Assembly (NCBI GenBank): GCA_016763875.1
Contig: JAESSZ010000815.1
Coordinates: forward strand, 1-26,656
Length of the DNA: 26,656 nt
Source: Nannocystaceae bacterium
Lineage (GTDB): Bacteria > Myxococcota_A > Polyangia > Nannocystales > Nannocystaceae
Direction of reading: 5' to 3'
Shown in pieces: positions 16,591-24,848 of the stretch. The notes under the pieces are model-generated. The model ran no database searches. It was not told where the DNA came from and saw nothing but the letters and a program-made list of their open reading frames with translations. The position numbers and the translations under genes were made by a program. How positions within the stretch are numbered: position 1 is the stretch's first letter; every line of letters starts with the position of its first letter.

Positions 16591-16959
16591 CTACTCGGCC
16601 TTGCCCAGCTCAACCGTGTCGCTCACGCCTTCGGGGTGACAGCCGCCCTCCTCAAGCACGACGTCGTAGCTCCGCGTAAGCATCTCGAAGCCGGAAGCCG
16701 ACACCGTCACCAAGAACACGCCGGTCTCCTCGTAGTCCAGCACGAACACGCCGTCGTCGTCTCGCGAGTCGGGCTCGCGCATCTCGCCGCCGTCTAGCGT
16801 GAAAGTAACAGTGGCGTCTGGCAGCGGCTCGCCGTCCTCGGCAGCAACGACTTCGAGGGTGACAGACGCAACCGCGATCTCCGTACAGGCACCACCCCCG
16901 TCCGAGTCGCAGGCAAAAAACCCAAGGCATCCAATCACAACGAGCTGGCTAAGTTTCAT
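16591..16959 (-). CDS. Lipoprotein with a carboxypeptidase-regulatory-like (CarboxypepD_reg/PEGA-like) beta-sandwich
   Basis: MKLSQLVVIGCLGFFAC lipobox; GEPLPDATVTF...DDDGVFVL...GVFLVTVSASGFE pattern. Start at ATG 16959. Confidence 0.75.
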   Translation of the reverse strand: MKLSQLVVIGCLGFFACDSDGGGACTEIAVASVTLEVVAAEDGEPLPDATVTFTLDGGEMREPDSRDDDGVFVLDYEETGVFLVTVSASGFEMLTRSYDVVLEEGGCHPEGVSDTVELGKAE

Positions 16960-17093
16960 ACATCGTCGTAGTCCGCGGCGAGACGAGCACGTCACCAAAA
17001 AGCTCAACAAAAACGCTTAGACAACCGCGTTGGCAGGCACGACGTCTGCGTCATGACATCGGCGTCGTGATGGCTAGACCAGTAGCCATCGCA

Positions 17094-17624
17094 TCAGTCC
17101 GGCACGCAGTAGTACGGCAATGAGAACGGAGGCTCGTCCCCGCAACTCGTCCCCGCCGGACAACCACCGTCGTCGTTGCACCCGATGGCGCAGAACGGGT
17201 CCGGGGGGTCGTGCAAGAAAGCAGCGCAGACTGGCGACCACCCCACTGGGGGTGGGTCACAGTCGTTGGCCGGATCGCCACATTGGCGCGAGCAGATCGA
17301 CCGCGCACCATCCGCCAATGAGACGACGGCACAAAGCAAGCCCGGCAAACAGGTAAGAGCTGCCCGCCCGCCACACTCGCCGTACATCTCGACACTGGGG
17401 GCCGACCCCGTCGAGGTTCCGGGATCGCGGTCAACGCCCGTGCTGGTCTGGGCGTCACCAGAGTCGGTAGTGCTGGGCGATGTGCTCAGCCCGGGTCCGG
17501 GGTCAGTCACCTCGCCGGTCGAGCCCTCAACCACCGTATCGGTCGGCGGCGAGATGGTCGGTCCACGCGCTGGTAGTGCACCCGCGAGCCAGATCGCGGC
17601 AGGTCCTGTGGATCCGAACTTCAC
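17094..17624 (-). CDS. Secreted 12-Cys module protein; Arg at the expected lipobox Cys position
   Basis: GTG 17624 lies 7 nt after TATTGT. Signal-like AAIWLAGALPA, Ser/Thr linker, one 12-Cys module homologous to those in 2817..4457. Confidence 0.7.
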   Translation of the reverse strand: MKFGSTGPAAIWLAGALPARGPTISPPTDTVVEGSTGEVTDPGPGLSTSPSTTDSGDAQTSTGVDRDPGTSTGSAPSVEMYGECGGRAALTCLPGLLCAVVSLADGARSICSRQCGDPANDCDPPPVGWSPVCAAFLHDPPDPFCAIGCNDDGGCPAGTSCGDEPPFSLPYYCVPD

Positions 17625-17698
17625 TCCCCCGACAATACCCCACCGCCGGGCGCACACCGTTTTCTTCCCCGCGGCCGCCCTCGGCATGCGCGTTTGGC

Positions 17699-17875
17699 TC
17701 AGCTCTGACCGGACGCCGAGCTGTCGCCGCCGCTGCTGCTGCTCGATCGCATTGCGAACAACAAGCCGCCGACACCGGTCAGGATGATCCCGATCATCCG
17801 CCAACCCAAAGCGAAACAGAGGGCACCGGCCATGACGAGAATGAGTGGAATCTTGGATCGACTTGGTTTGGACAC
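17699..17875 (-). CDS. Small two-TM membrane protein (58 aa)
   Basis: MSKPSRSKIPLILVMAGALCFALGWRMIGIILTGVGGLLFAMR with a Ser/Gly tail. SD-like GAGCAGG upstream of GTG. Confidence 0.5.
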   Translation of the reverse strand: MSKPSRSKIPLILVMAGALCFALGWRMIGIILTGVGGLLFAMRSSSSSGGDSSASGQS

Positions 17876-18006
17876 GGTGGGCACCTGCTCAAGCGGCAGG
17901 GTAGCAGCGGTTGCACAACCGCGTGCAAGACCAGCTCGCCCCGATACGACGCACTGACCGAGATCGAGTTGCACCCCGCGATCGGGCCGGACATCATCCC
18001 TCCATC

Positions 18007-19230
18007 GTGCCTCGTCGCTCTGGATCCACGGTCTTGCCTGCACTGCTTCTGCTTTGTGCGTGCAGCGCCGTCACCTCGACGGACGGGGGCAATGCCACCG
18101 ACCCCGAGACGACAGGGGAGGCGCCCTCCGGACCCTTCCTCGATGGTTTCTTCCCCATCGGTGTCTTCAGCCAACCAACGTCGATGTTCGAGGTGTGGCG
18201 TGAACGCGGCTGTAACACGATGCTCGAGGTTCCCCAGTGGGAGGACCGCCTCGCGTGGGACGAGGGAGCCCAGGAGATCGGGTTCAAAATAATTCGCCGA
18301 CCCGTTTCGGATCCGGCCGACGACGTGGGTCGAACGGATCTGTTGGCGTGGTCGCTCCCGGACGAGCCCGACGTGCAGGGGAACAACGAACCCTGTGGCG
18401 GCAACTGCATCGAGTTGTGCGAGTCGCTGTATGAGCGCTGGCACGCCGTCGATCCGACACGACCGATCTTCGTCAATCTTGCGGGTCCCAACGTCCTGCT
18501 GCCTGCATCGTGCGACTACTGCAACGGACCCGGCGATGAGCCGCCCTCAAGCGAGTGTTTTCCGGAGAGCGACCAGTGCTACCCGCGACTTCTCGAGGCG
18601 ACCGACTGGGTAAGCCAGGACATCTATCCCGTTTCGGGCTGGCTATTCACCGAGGAGATCCGCGGCGACATCACGATCGTTGGCCAATCGCTGGACAAGT
18701 TGCGCGGCTGGGCTGACAAGCCCCTGTTCGCGATCGTTGAGACCAGCGACCAGCGTTTAGACTTCCCGGGTGCAGGCTCCCGAGGCCCCACGCCCGCCGA
18801 GTATCGCGCCGAAGTTTGGGACGCGATCATCCACGGCGCCCGGGGCATTTTCTACTTCCCGCAGGCGTTCAACCCCTTCGTTTGGGACGCGACACAGCAA
18901 CCGGTGCTCGACGAGATGCAGCGGCAGCACGAGACCATCGCCGAACTTGCATCCGTGCTCCAAGGCCAGATCGACCCGCCGGGAATCACCGCCACGGTGC
19001 CAGCGCCCTTGGAAACGGGTTGGCGCCGAGACGAAGAGCACACGTACGTCCTGGTGCTGAACACATCGGGCACAGCGGTGCCGACGGCCACGATCACACT
19101 GGATGGGCTGGCTTCCGCGCCCGCTATCGCGGTCCACGGGGAGTCGCGCTCGTTGACGCTCGCCGACGGAGCGTTCGTCGACGAGTTCGAGCCACACGCG
19201 CTGCACATCTACGTCGTCCCCAACCGGTAG
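18007..19230 (+). CDS. Glycoside-hydrolase-like (clan GH-A TIM barrel plus beta-sandwich) lipoprotein
   Basis: Lipobox LCAC, FFPIGVF, AWSLPDEPD (candidate acid/base Glu), DPTRPIFVN, QDIYP, KPLFAIVE (candidate nucleophile), WDAIIHGARGIFYF. Confidence 0.75.
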   Translation: MPRRSGSTVLPALLLLCACSAVTSTDGGNATDPETTGEAPSGPFLDGFFPIGVFSQPTSMFEVWRERGCNTMLEVPQWEDRLAWDEGAQEIGFKIIRRPVSDPADDVGRTDLLAWSLPDEPDVQGNNEPCGGNCIELCESLYERWHAVDPTRPIFVNLAGPNVLLPASCDYCNGPGDEPPSSECFPESDQCYPRLLEATDWVSQDIYPVSGWLFTEEIRGDITIVGQSLDKLRGWADKPLFAIVETSDQRLDFPGAGSRGPTPAEYRAEVWDAIIHGARGIFYFPQAFNPFVWDATQQPVLDEMQRQHETIAELASVLQGQIDPPGITATVPAPLETGWRRDEEHTYVLVLNTSGTAVPTATITLDGLASAPAIAVHGESRSLTLADGAFVDEFEPHALHIYVVPNR

Positions 19231-19297
19231 CGGGCAAGAGGCGATCAACGGACTCGGTTGCGGAGACAGCCGCGAATGAGCCACCCTTTGCGGCGCG

Positions 19298-21394
19298 ATG
19301 ACTGAGCCTGTCTCCCCTCCCCGCGCCGATCAGCGTCCGCATGCCATCACCCAGCATGGGATCACCCGCGACGACCCGTATCACTGGCTTCGCGACGAGA
19401 ACTGGCAGGAGGTCATGCGCGAGCCGGAGAAGTTGCGCGAGGACATACGTACGCATCTGGACGCGGAGAATGTCTGGACCGCCCACGTCATGGCGCCGAC
19501 CGAAGCGCTGCAAGAGACCCTCTTTGCCGAAATGAAGGGTCGGATCAAAGAAGACGACGCTTCCGTGCCCGCCAAGGACGGACCCTGGTCCTACTATCGC
19601 CGCTACGAGGTCGGAGCGCAGCATGCCCGCTGGTGTCGACGAAGCAGCGCAGACGCCAACGCCTCGGAAGAACTCCTGTACGACGGCGACCTCGCCTCCA
19701 AGGACAAGGCGTACTTCCAGATCGGCTCGGTCTCGCACTCGCCGGACCACAAGCAACTCGCGGTTGCGGTCGACGACAAGGGCTCGGAGTTCTTCGAGGT
19801 TCGCTTCACCGATCTCGCGACCGGCGATGCACTCCCCGACGTCATCAAAGATTCGAACGGTGGGGTCGCGTGGGCCAACGACTGCGCGCACGTGTTTTAC
19901 ACCGTGCTCGACGACAAACACCGTCCGTGCAAGGTGCTGCGTCACGCAATGGGAACCCCACAGGCCGACGATGTGGTGGTCTACGAAGAGGCGGACGCGG
20001 GATTCTTCGTCGGGGTATCGACGACAGAGGGACGCGGCTGCATCGTCATCTCGACCCACGACCACACGACAAGTGAAGTCCGGCTGATCGACGCAAACGA
20101 TGCCACCGCGGCGCCCCGCCTGGTTGCGCCCCGCCAGCGGGATGTCGAGTACGACGTCAGCCAGCAGGGCGACTCCCTCGTCATTCTCACCAACGCTGAT
20201 AGTGCGATCGACTTTCAGGTGATGCGTGTGCCTGTGTCCACGCCGCAACGCGAGCATTGGACCACCGAGGTACCGCATCGCGAAGGCTGCTTGATCCTGG
20301 GTGTGCACACGTTTGCCGAGTGGACGGTCCGACTCGAGCGACAAGATAGCCTCCCCCGCATCGTGATTCGCCGCCGCCGAGACGGTGAAGAGCACGCGAT
20401 CGCGTTCGACGAAGCCGCCTACTCGCTGGGCATGCTGGGCAGCTGGGAGTTCGACACCGATGTCGTGCGGTTCACCTACTCCTCGCCGACCACCCCGCAG
20501 CAGACGTTCGACTACGACATGGCGAAGCGCGAACGTACGCTACTCAAGACCCAGGAGGTCCCCAGCGGGCACGATGTAGCGCAGTATCGATGCACACGGA
20601 TCTTGGCGCCGACCTCGGACGGACAACAGGTCCCGGTTTCGATCCTGTCGCACGTCGACACGCCACTGGACGGCTCCGCCCCTCTGCTGCTGTACGGCTA
20701 CGGCGCCTACGGCATGACCATGCCCGCCGACTTCGGCACCGCACGGCTGAGCCTGGTGGATCGCGGTTTTGTGTACGCCATCGCGCACGTCCGCGGCGGC
20801 ATGGCCAAGGGCTACCGCTGGTACACCGACGGCAAGCTCGACAATAAGACCAACACGTTCCGTGACTTCGTCGCGGCTGCGGAAGCTCTGTGCAAGGCCA
20901 AGTATTGCTCGCCGGGCAACATCACGATCCAGGGGGGCAGCGCGGGCGGCATGCTCGTCGGCGCCGTGGCGAACATGCGGCCCGATCTTTGGAAGGCCGT
21001 CGTGGCGCAGGTGCCGTTCGTCGACGTGCTCACCACCATGGGCGACGCAGACTTGCCGCTCACCCCGCCGGAATGGCCCGAGTGGGGCAATCCCATCAAG
21101 GACAAGGGCGACTACGAGCGTATCGCCGCCTACTCGCCCTACGACCGCATCGAGGCCAAGGACTACCCGCCAATCTTGGCGACCGCGGGGCTCACCGACC
21201 CACGCGTGACCTACTGGGAGCCTGCGAAGTGGGTCGCCCGTCTGCGCGAACGCAAGACAAACGACAAGCCCTTGCTGCTCAAGACGTACATGGAAGCAGG
21301 GCACGGCGGTGCGGCCGGTCGCTTCGAGCGACTGCGCGAGGTCGCGTTGGTCTACGCGTTCGTACTGCTGATGAACGAGCGCACGGGCTCCTAG
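19298..21394 (+). CDS. ptrB: Oligopeptidase B (S9A prolyl oligopeptidase family)
   Basis: DDPYHWLRD, LLYGYGAYG, AHVRGG, catalytic GGSAGG (Ser), DPRV (Asp), GHGG (His), PEWPEWGNP, YWEPAKWVA. Confidence 0.95.
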   Translation: MTEPVSPPRADQRPHAITQHGITRDDPYHWLRDENWQEVMREPEKLREDIRTHLDAENVWTAHVMAPTEALQETLFAEMKGRIKEDDASVPAKDGPWSYYRRYEVGAQHARWCRRSSADANASEELLYDGDLASKDKAYFQIGSVSHSPDHKQLAVAVDDKGSEFFEVRFTDLATGDALPDVIKDSNGGVAWANDCAHVFYTVLDDKHRPCKVLRHAMGTPQADDVVVYEEADAGFFVGVSTTEGRGCIVISTHDHTTSEVRLIDANDATAAPRLVAPRQRDVEYDVSQQGDSLVILTNADSAIDFQVMRVPVSTPQREHWTTEVPHREGCLILGVHTFAEWTVRLERQDSLPRIVIRRRRDGEEHAIAFDEAAYSLGMLGSWEFDTDVVRFTYSSPTTPQQTFDYDMAKRERTLLKTQEVPSGHDVAQYRCTRILAPTSDGQQVPVSILSHVDTPLDGSAPLLLYGYGAYGMTMPADFGTARLSLVDRGFVYAIAHVRGGMAKGYRWYTDGKLDNKTNTFRDFVAAAEALCKAKYCSPGNITIQGGSAGGMLVGAVANMRPDLWKAVVAQVPFVDVLTTMGDADLPLTPPEWPEWGNPIKDKGDYERIAAYSPYDRIEAKDYPPILATAGLTDPRVTYWEPAKWVARLRERKTNDKPLLLKTYMEAGHGGAAGRFERLREVALVYAFVLLMNERTGS

Positions 21395-21606
21395 GACTGC
21401 TGGGCAAGCCGGAAGACCTGGCCACCCGGCACTTGGTAGTAGTGGCGCTCTTTGTCGTGGTAGTCGACGCGGGGGTGGCCTAAGTCGCGCAGCACCGCCG
21501 CGGTGGCCTCCACGTCGTGGACGACAACCTCGATGGCTGCAGCTTGGCAGCGACAAGCACCACGGGCCCACGAGCGAACGTCCAAAAGGACCGACCGTTC
21601 ATCCAA
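21391..21606 (-). CDS. Small VOC/glyoxalase-like half-domain protein (possibly frameshifted at the N-terminus)
   Basis: IEVVVHDVEATAAVLRDLG...RHYYQVPGGQVFRLAQ fits the VOC beta-alpha-beta-beta-beta motif. Its TAG overlaps the ptrB TAG in CTAG (21391-21394). Divergent from the AraC gene. Confidence 0.5.
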   Translation of the reverse strand: MDERSVLLDVRSWARGACRCQAAAIEVVVHDVEATAAVLRDLGHPRVDYHDKERHYYQVPGGQVFRLAQQS

Positions 21607-21628
21607 GGGCGTTTGTCGGCCACAGTCG

Positions 21629-21638
21629 ACGCTATACT
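21629..21638. promoter_or_regulatory. Overlapping divergent -10 boxes (TATACT on +, TAGCGT on -)
   Basis: TATACT at 21633-21638 is 6 nt before the AraC ATG. The reverse complement of 21629-21634 is TAGCGT, about 22 nt before the small divergent ORF. Confidence 0.5.
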
Positions 21639-21644
21639 GGCCGC

Positions 21645-22601
21645 ATGGACGAAGATCGAGGCACGGACCAAGCGCTGCGAGAGGTGCTCCGTTCGGTGCG
21701 CCTTGAGAGCAGTGTCATGTCTCGCGCCCACATGCGTCGGCCGTTCGCTGTCGCAAGTCATGCGCTGCCAAAGGCCATCTTCCACGCGGTCGCGCAAGGC
21801 GAGTGTTTCCTAGAGGTCGAGGGAGAAACGAAGCCGATACGGCTTCGTGCGGGCGACGTCGCGCTGCTCACCCGTGGCGAGGCGCATGTCCTGCGGGAAG
21901 GTACAGACGCAACCGCCGTGCCTCTGACGAGCCTGCCCGTGCTCGATGACGGCACACACGTCAATACGCTCGTGTGCGGCGGTACGGGCGAAGAAACGCG
22001 GATCATCTGCGGCACGTTCGAGCTGCGTCACGCCGCAAGCGACGTCATGCTGGCTTCGCTACCGCCGCGCATGCATGCGCGTGGCCGCGCCTCGGGGGGC
22101 GTGGGCGCCTGGCTGGACGCTACCGTCACTATGCTCGCGACCGAACTCAGCCGAACCTCCGCGAGTGCCGAGGGCATGATCGCGCGATTCACCGACGTGC
22201 TGGTTATGCACCTCATCCAGGCCTGCATCGACCAGGCGCCCGAGCGCGGCGGCGGGTGGCTGTCGGCGTTGCGAGACGAGCGCATCGGTCGCGCGCTCGC
22301 GACGATTCACCACGACCCTGGCGGAAACTGGACTGCGTCATCGTTGGCCTCGCGCGCCGGAATGTCGCGCTCAGCCTTCTTCGCCCGCTTCAGCGAGCTG
22401 GTGGGCGAGCCACCCGCGCGCTACCTGACACGCTGGCGGGTGTGGGTCGCGGCCGACTTGATCGAACGCGAGCGTCTCAGCGTCGGTGAGCTGGCGGCAA
22501 GAGTCGGCTACGCGTCCGAAGACGCGTTCAGCCGAGTGTTCAAACGCGTCATGGGCGTGAGCCCGGTGCAGTTCCGACGCAAGACACTGCACCCCGCGTA
22601 G
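21645..22601 (+). CDS. AraC-family transcriptional regulator with an N-terminal Cupin_6 domain
   Basis: FHAVAQGECFL...LRAGDVALLTRGEAH, IICGTF, WTASSLASRAGMSRSAFFARFSELVGEPPARYLTRWR, VGYASEDAFSRVFKRVMGVSP. Confidence 0.95.
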   Translation: MDEDRGTDQALREVLRSVRLESSVMSRAHMRRPFAVASHALPKAIFHAVAQGECFLEVEGETKPIRLRAGDVALLTRGEAHVLREGTDATAVPLTSLPVLDDGTHVNTLVCGGTGEETRIICGTFELRHAASDVMLASLPPRMHARGRASGGVGAWLDATVTMLATELSRTSASAEGMIARFTDVLVMHLIQACIDQAPERGGGWLSALRDERIGRALATIHHDPGGNWTASSLASRAGMSRSAFFARFSELVGEPPARYLTRWRVWVAADLIERERLSVGELAARVGYASEDAFSRVFKRVMGVSPVQFRRKTLHPA

Positions 22602-22634
22602 CAGTCGGCGGAAGGTGCCGACGTCGGCCCCGCG

Positions 22635-23564
22635 CTACCACTGATGCCAGTCTGCGGATCCGTAGACCCCGATGGTCGGCGGCTCCTCGAACAGCGCCCC
22701 GAATGCCTTCAAGAACGCGGGGTTGCTGTAGAACGCCTCAAGCATCGCGTCGTCGTTCCATACGTCGACGGCAAAAAACTGCGACGGGTCCTCCGGGGTG
22801 CCCACCCACACCACATGGGCGACGTCCCCCAAGGCAACGGCAGCCTCTTGGCCGCCCATCGCAACCATATCGTGCAGCGTCTGGCTCGCATCCAGATCGT
22901 CTCCCGACAGCGTGCCGCGAACGACCACGTACCAGTGCTCGCCGCCATCCGCCGCCTCGAGGCTCCCCCATCCGTGCCAATCGTCGCGTCGCTCAAACAG
23001 CTCGAGGCTAGGGGGCTCGGCGAACAGCATGCCAAAGGCCGCCTGGAACATGGGATCGCCATAGACCATGAGCGCACCATCGAGATTGTCCCACTGGTCG
23101 ATCCCAAGGAACTGATTCTCCGTTGTACCGAGCAGCGTCGTGCCCAGCAGGGCATCGTGGCCGAAGTCGCCCGCCATCATCGCCCCTCGCTGGCCACCCA
23201 TCGCGACCGCATCGTGGGTGCCCTGAGCCTCGGTGATGTCGTCGGTGTACAGGGTGCCCAACACGAGCGCACCCCAGTCTCGCTCGACGGGGGTGCCCGT
23301 ATCGGTGGAGCCTTCGGTATCGGTGGCCTCACCAGTATCGGTATCGGTGTCGGTGACCACGCCGTCGTCCGACGTCGTGTCGTCGTCGGCGGCCTCGGTT
23401 GTCGAGTCGCCCTCGCCGAGCGTTCCAGGACCAGCGCTTGCGCTCGGTGAACCGGTGCTCGACGACGCCGCGGACGCGTCATCGCTCGCACCACCATCAT
23501 CATCCCCGCAAGCTGCGCTGCCTAGGGTGAGAGCAAGAACTGAGAACATCGCAGTAAAACGCAT
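22635..23564 (-). CDS. Lipoprotein with two tandem ABM-like (dimeric alpha+beta barrel) repeats
   Basis: Lipobox SAAC, acidic Thr/Asp linker, two ~100-aa homologous repeats sharing GTL, HDxVAMGGQ, GDxxH, DxW, YxxPxFxxAFGxLF, PP and DWHxW. Alternative start at 23582. Confidence 0.8.
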   Translation of the reverse strand: MRFTAMFSVLALTLGSAACGDDDGGASDDASAASSSTGSPSASAGPGTLGEGDSTTEAADDDTTSDDGVVTDTDTDTGEATDTEGSTDTGTPVERDWGALVLGTLYTDDITEAQGTHDAVAMGGQRGAMMAGDFGHDALLGTTLLGTTENQFLGIDQWDNLDGALMVYGDPMFQAAFGMLFAEPPSLELFERRDDWHGWGSLEAADGGEHWYVVVRGTLSGDDLDASQTLHDMVAMGGQEAAVALGDVAHVVWVGTPEDPSQFFAVDVWNDDAMLEAFYSNPAFLKAFGALFEEPPTIGVYGSADWHQW

Positions 23565-23666
23565 GTCGAGACGTCGGTCCATGCCTGGCAGTGTGAACCT
23601 CCCTCAGCTGCGCACTACGGTTCGGGGTCCACAAGCACCGTGCATTCGTCCAAATGGTGACGCGCC

Positions 23667-24743
23667 CTACAGCCGACCTATCGCCGCCGCCATGGTTTCG
23701 ACCTCGTCGAAAGTCGCGCTCAAGTGGACGGAGACCACGTCTCCGGCGGCCTTGATTTCCACCTTCGACGCGAGGGCAGCCGGCATCCCCAACATCGAGA
23801 TCATGCCCTTCACGCTCTCCCACTGCTCAACGGCCGTCTTTCGCGCCGTCTCGGCGTCTGCGTCCGAGGGGGTCAAGCCCGCGACGGTCACTGCCAGTTC
23901 ATCGCCGACCGACAGCGCCGCCCAGGACGCCGTCATCGTCGACATCGGCGAGTCCTTCAACTCGCCTTGTTGCTCCGGGCTCAGGATCATTGCAAACCAA
24001 AGCGCTTCGTCAGTCTTAACACGAGCGATAACGTCAGCCAGTGGGGCGTCGAGAACACCCTTGGTTTCTTTGCCCTCAAGTCGCGCGTTGACCTCGTCCT
24101 CCCAGCCGCGATCGAACAGGACAAACGTGTCGTCGTCGACGAAACGACCGCGGAGTTCATCGCTGTGCAAGACGGTCGTTCCCGCCACTTGCTTGATCTC
24201 GAAGTCTGGGGTCTTGCCCGCATTACCAAGTTCGGTCGCGACGCATCGCCATTTGTCTGGGTCACCAAAGCTCGGGCCACGCACAACGACTTCCTTGTCA
24301 TCGTGCTCGTCCACCGCAACGGTGATCGACTCAACCTGAGCCACCTCGAGTCCACACGTTGCCATCGCGGCGAGCGCGGGGGGAACCGACGAATCGCCCT
24401 GGTCTGCGACGAACGCCACCGCCCGCGAGAACCCTTCGATCCCGTACAGCACTTTCGGGTGCGCCTGGATAACGCTGGTTGCTCCGAACGGGACCAGGCT
24501 GAACAGCTCGCGGGGTTGAGCCTGCACAGCCGCCACAGCTTCTTGGGTCAGCGCCGCCAACCCCCGATGCTCGACTGACGGCGCATGCTCGGCGCTATTG
24601 GTCGCAGTACCGACACCCGGCTCCGTCGCAGCGGAGATCTCTTGCGGCGCCGCCTCGGCGGGCCCGGCCTCGGACGTTTTGCACGCGGCAAAACCGCAGA
24701 GGACCACCAGGGCCAGTCTTCGGGTTTTTAGGGGGCTCGGCAT
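23667..24743 (-). CDS. Hypothetical lipoprotein (myxobacterial, DUF3352-like)
   Basis: RRLALVVLCGFAAC lipobox and a globular alpha/beta body. Family resemblance is by memory only. Alternative starts at 24761 and 24767. Confidence 0.7.
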   Translation of the reverse strand: MPSPLKTRRLALVVLCGFAACKTSEAGPAEAAPQEISAATEPGVGTATNSAEHAPSVEHRGLAALTQEAVAAVQAQPRELFSLVPFGATSVIQAHPKVLYGIEGFSRAVAFVADQGDSSVPPALAAMATCGLEVAQVESITVAVDEHDDKEVVVRGPSFGDPDKWRCVATELGNAGKTPDFEIKQVAGTTVLHSDELRGRFVDDDTFVLFDRGWEDEVNARLEGKETKGVLDAPLADVIARVKTDEALWFAMILSPEQQGELKDSPMSTMTASWAALSVGDELAVTVAGLTPSDADAETARKTAVEQWESVKGMISMLGMPAALASKVEIKAAGDVVSVHLSATFDEVETMAAAIGRL

Positions 24744-24848
24744 CCCGATCACGCTGCGCATCGACACTATCGACGTGCGAACTCAACGTCGGTTCTACTC
24801 AAGAAAGTTCCGCAAGGGCGACGACAAGTGCGGCCTACATCCGCATAA

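Noticed and set aside
288-24578. Long antisense or alternative-frame ORFs (e.g. 288..1727, 3960..5660, 8550..9263, 11866..13293, 13345..14724, 19124..20395, 22644..23450, 23233..24339, 23724..24578)
   Set aside because: They lie over well-supported genes, have Arg/Pro/Ala-rich or mirror-image composition and no motifs; such shadow ORFs are expected in high-GC DNA.
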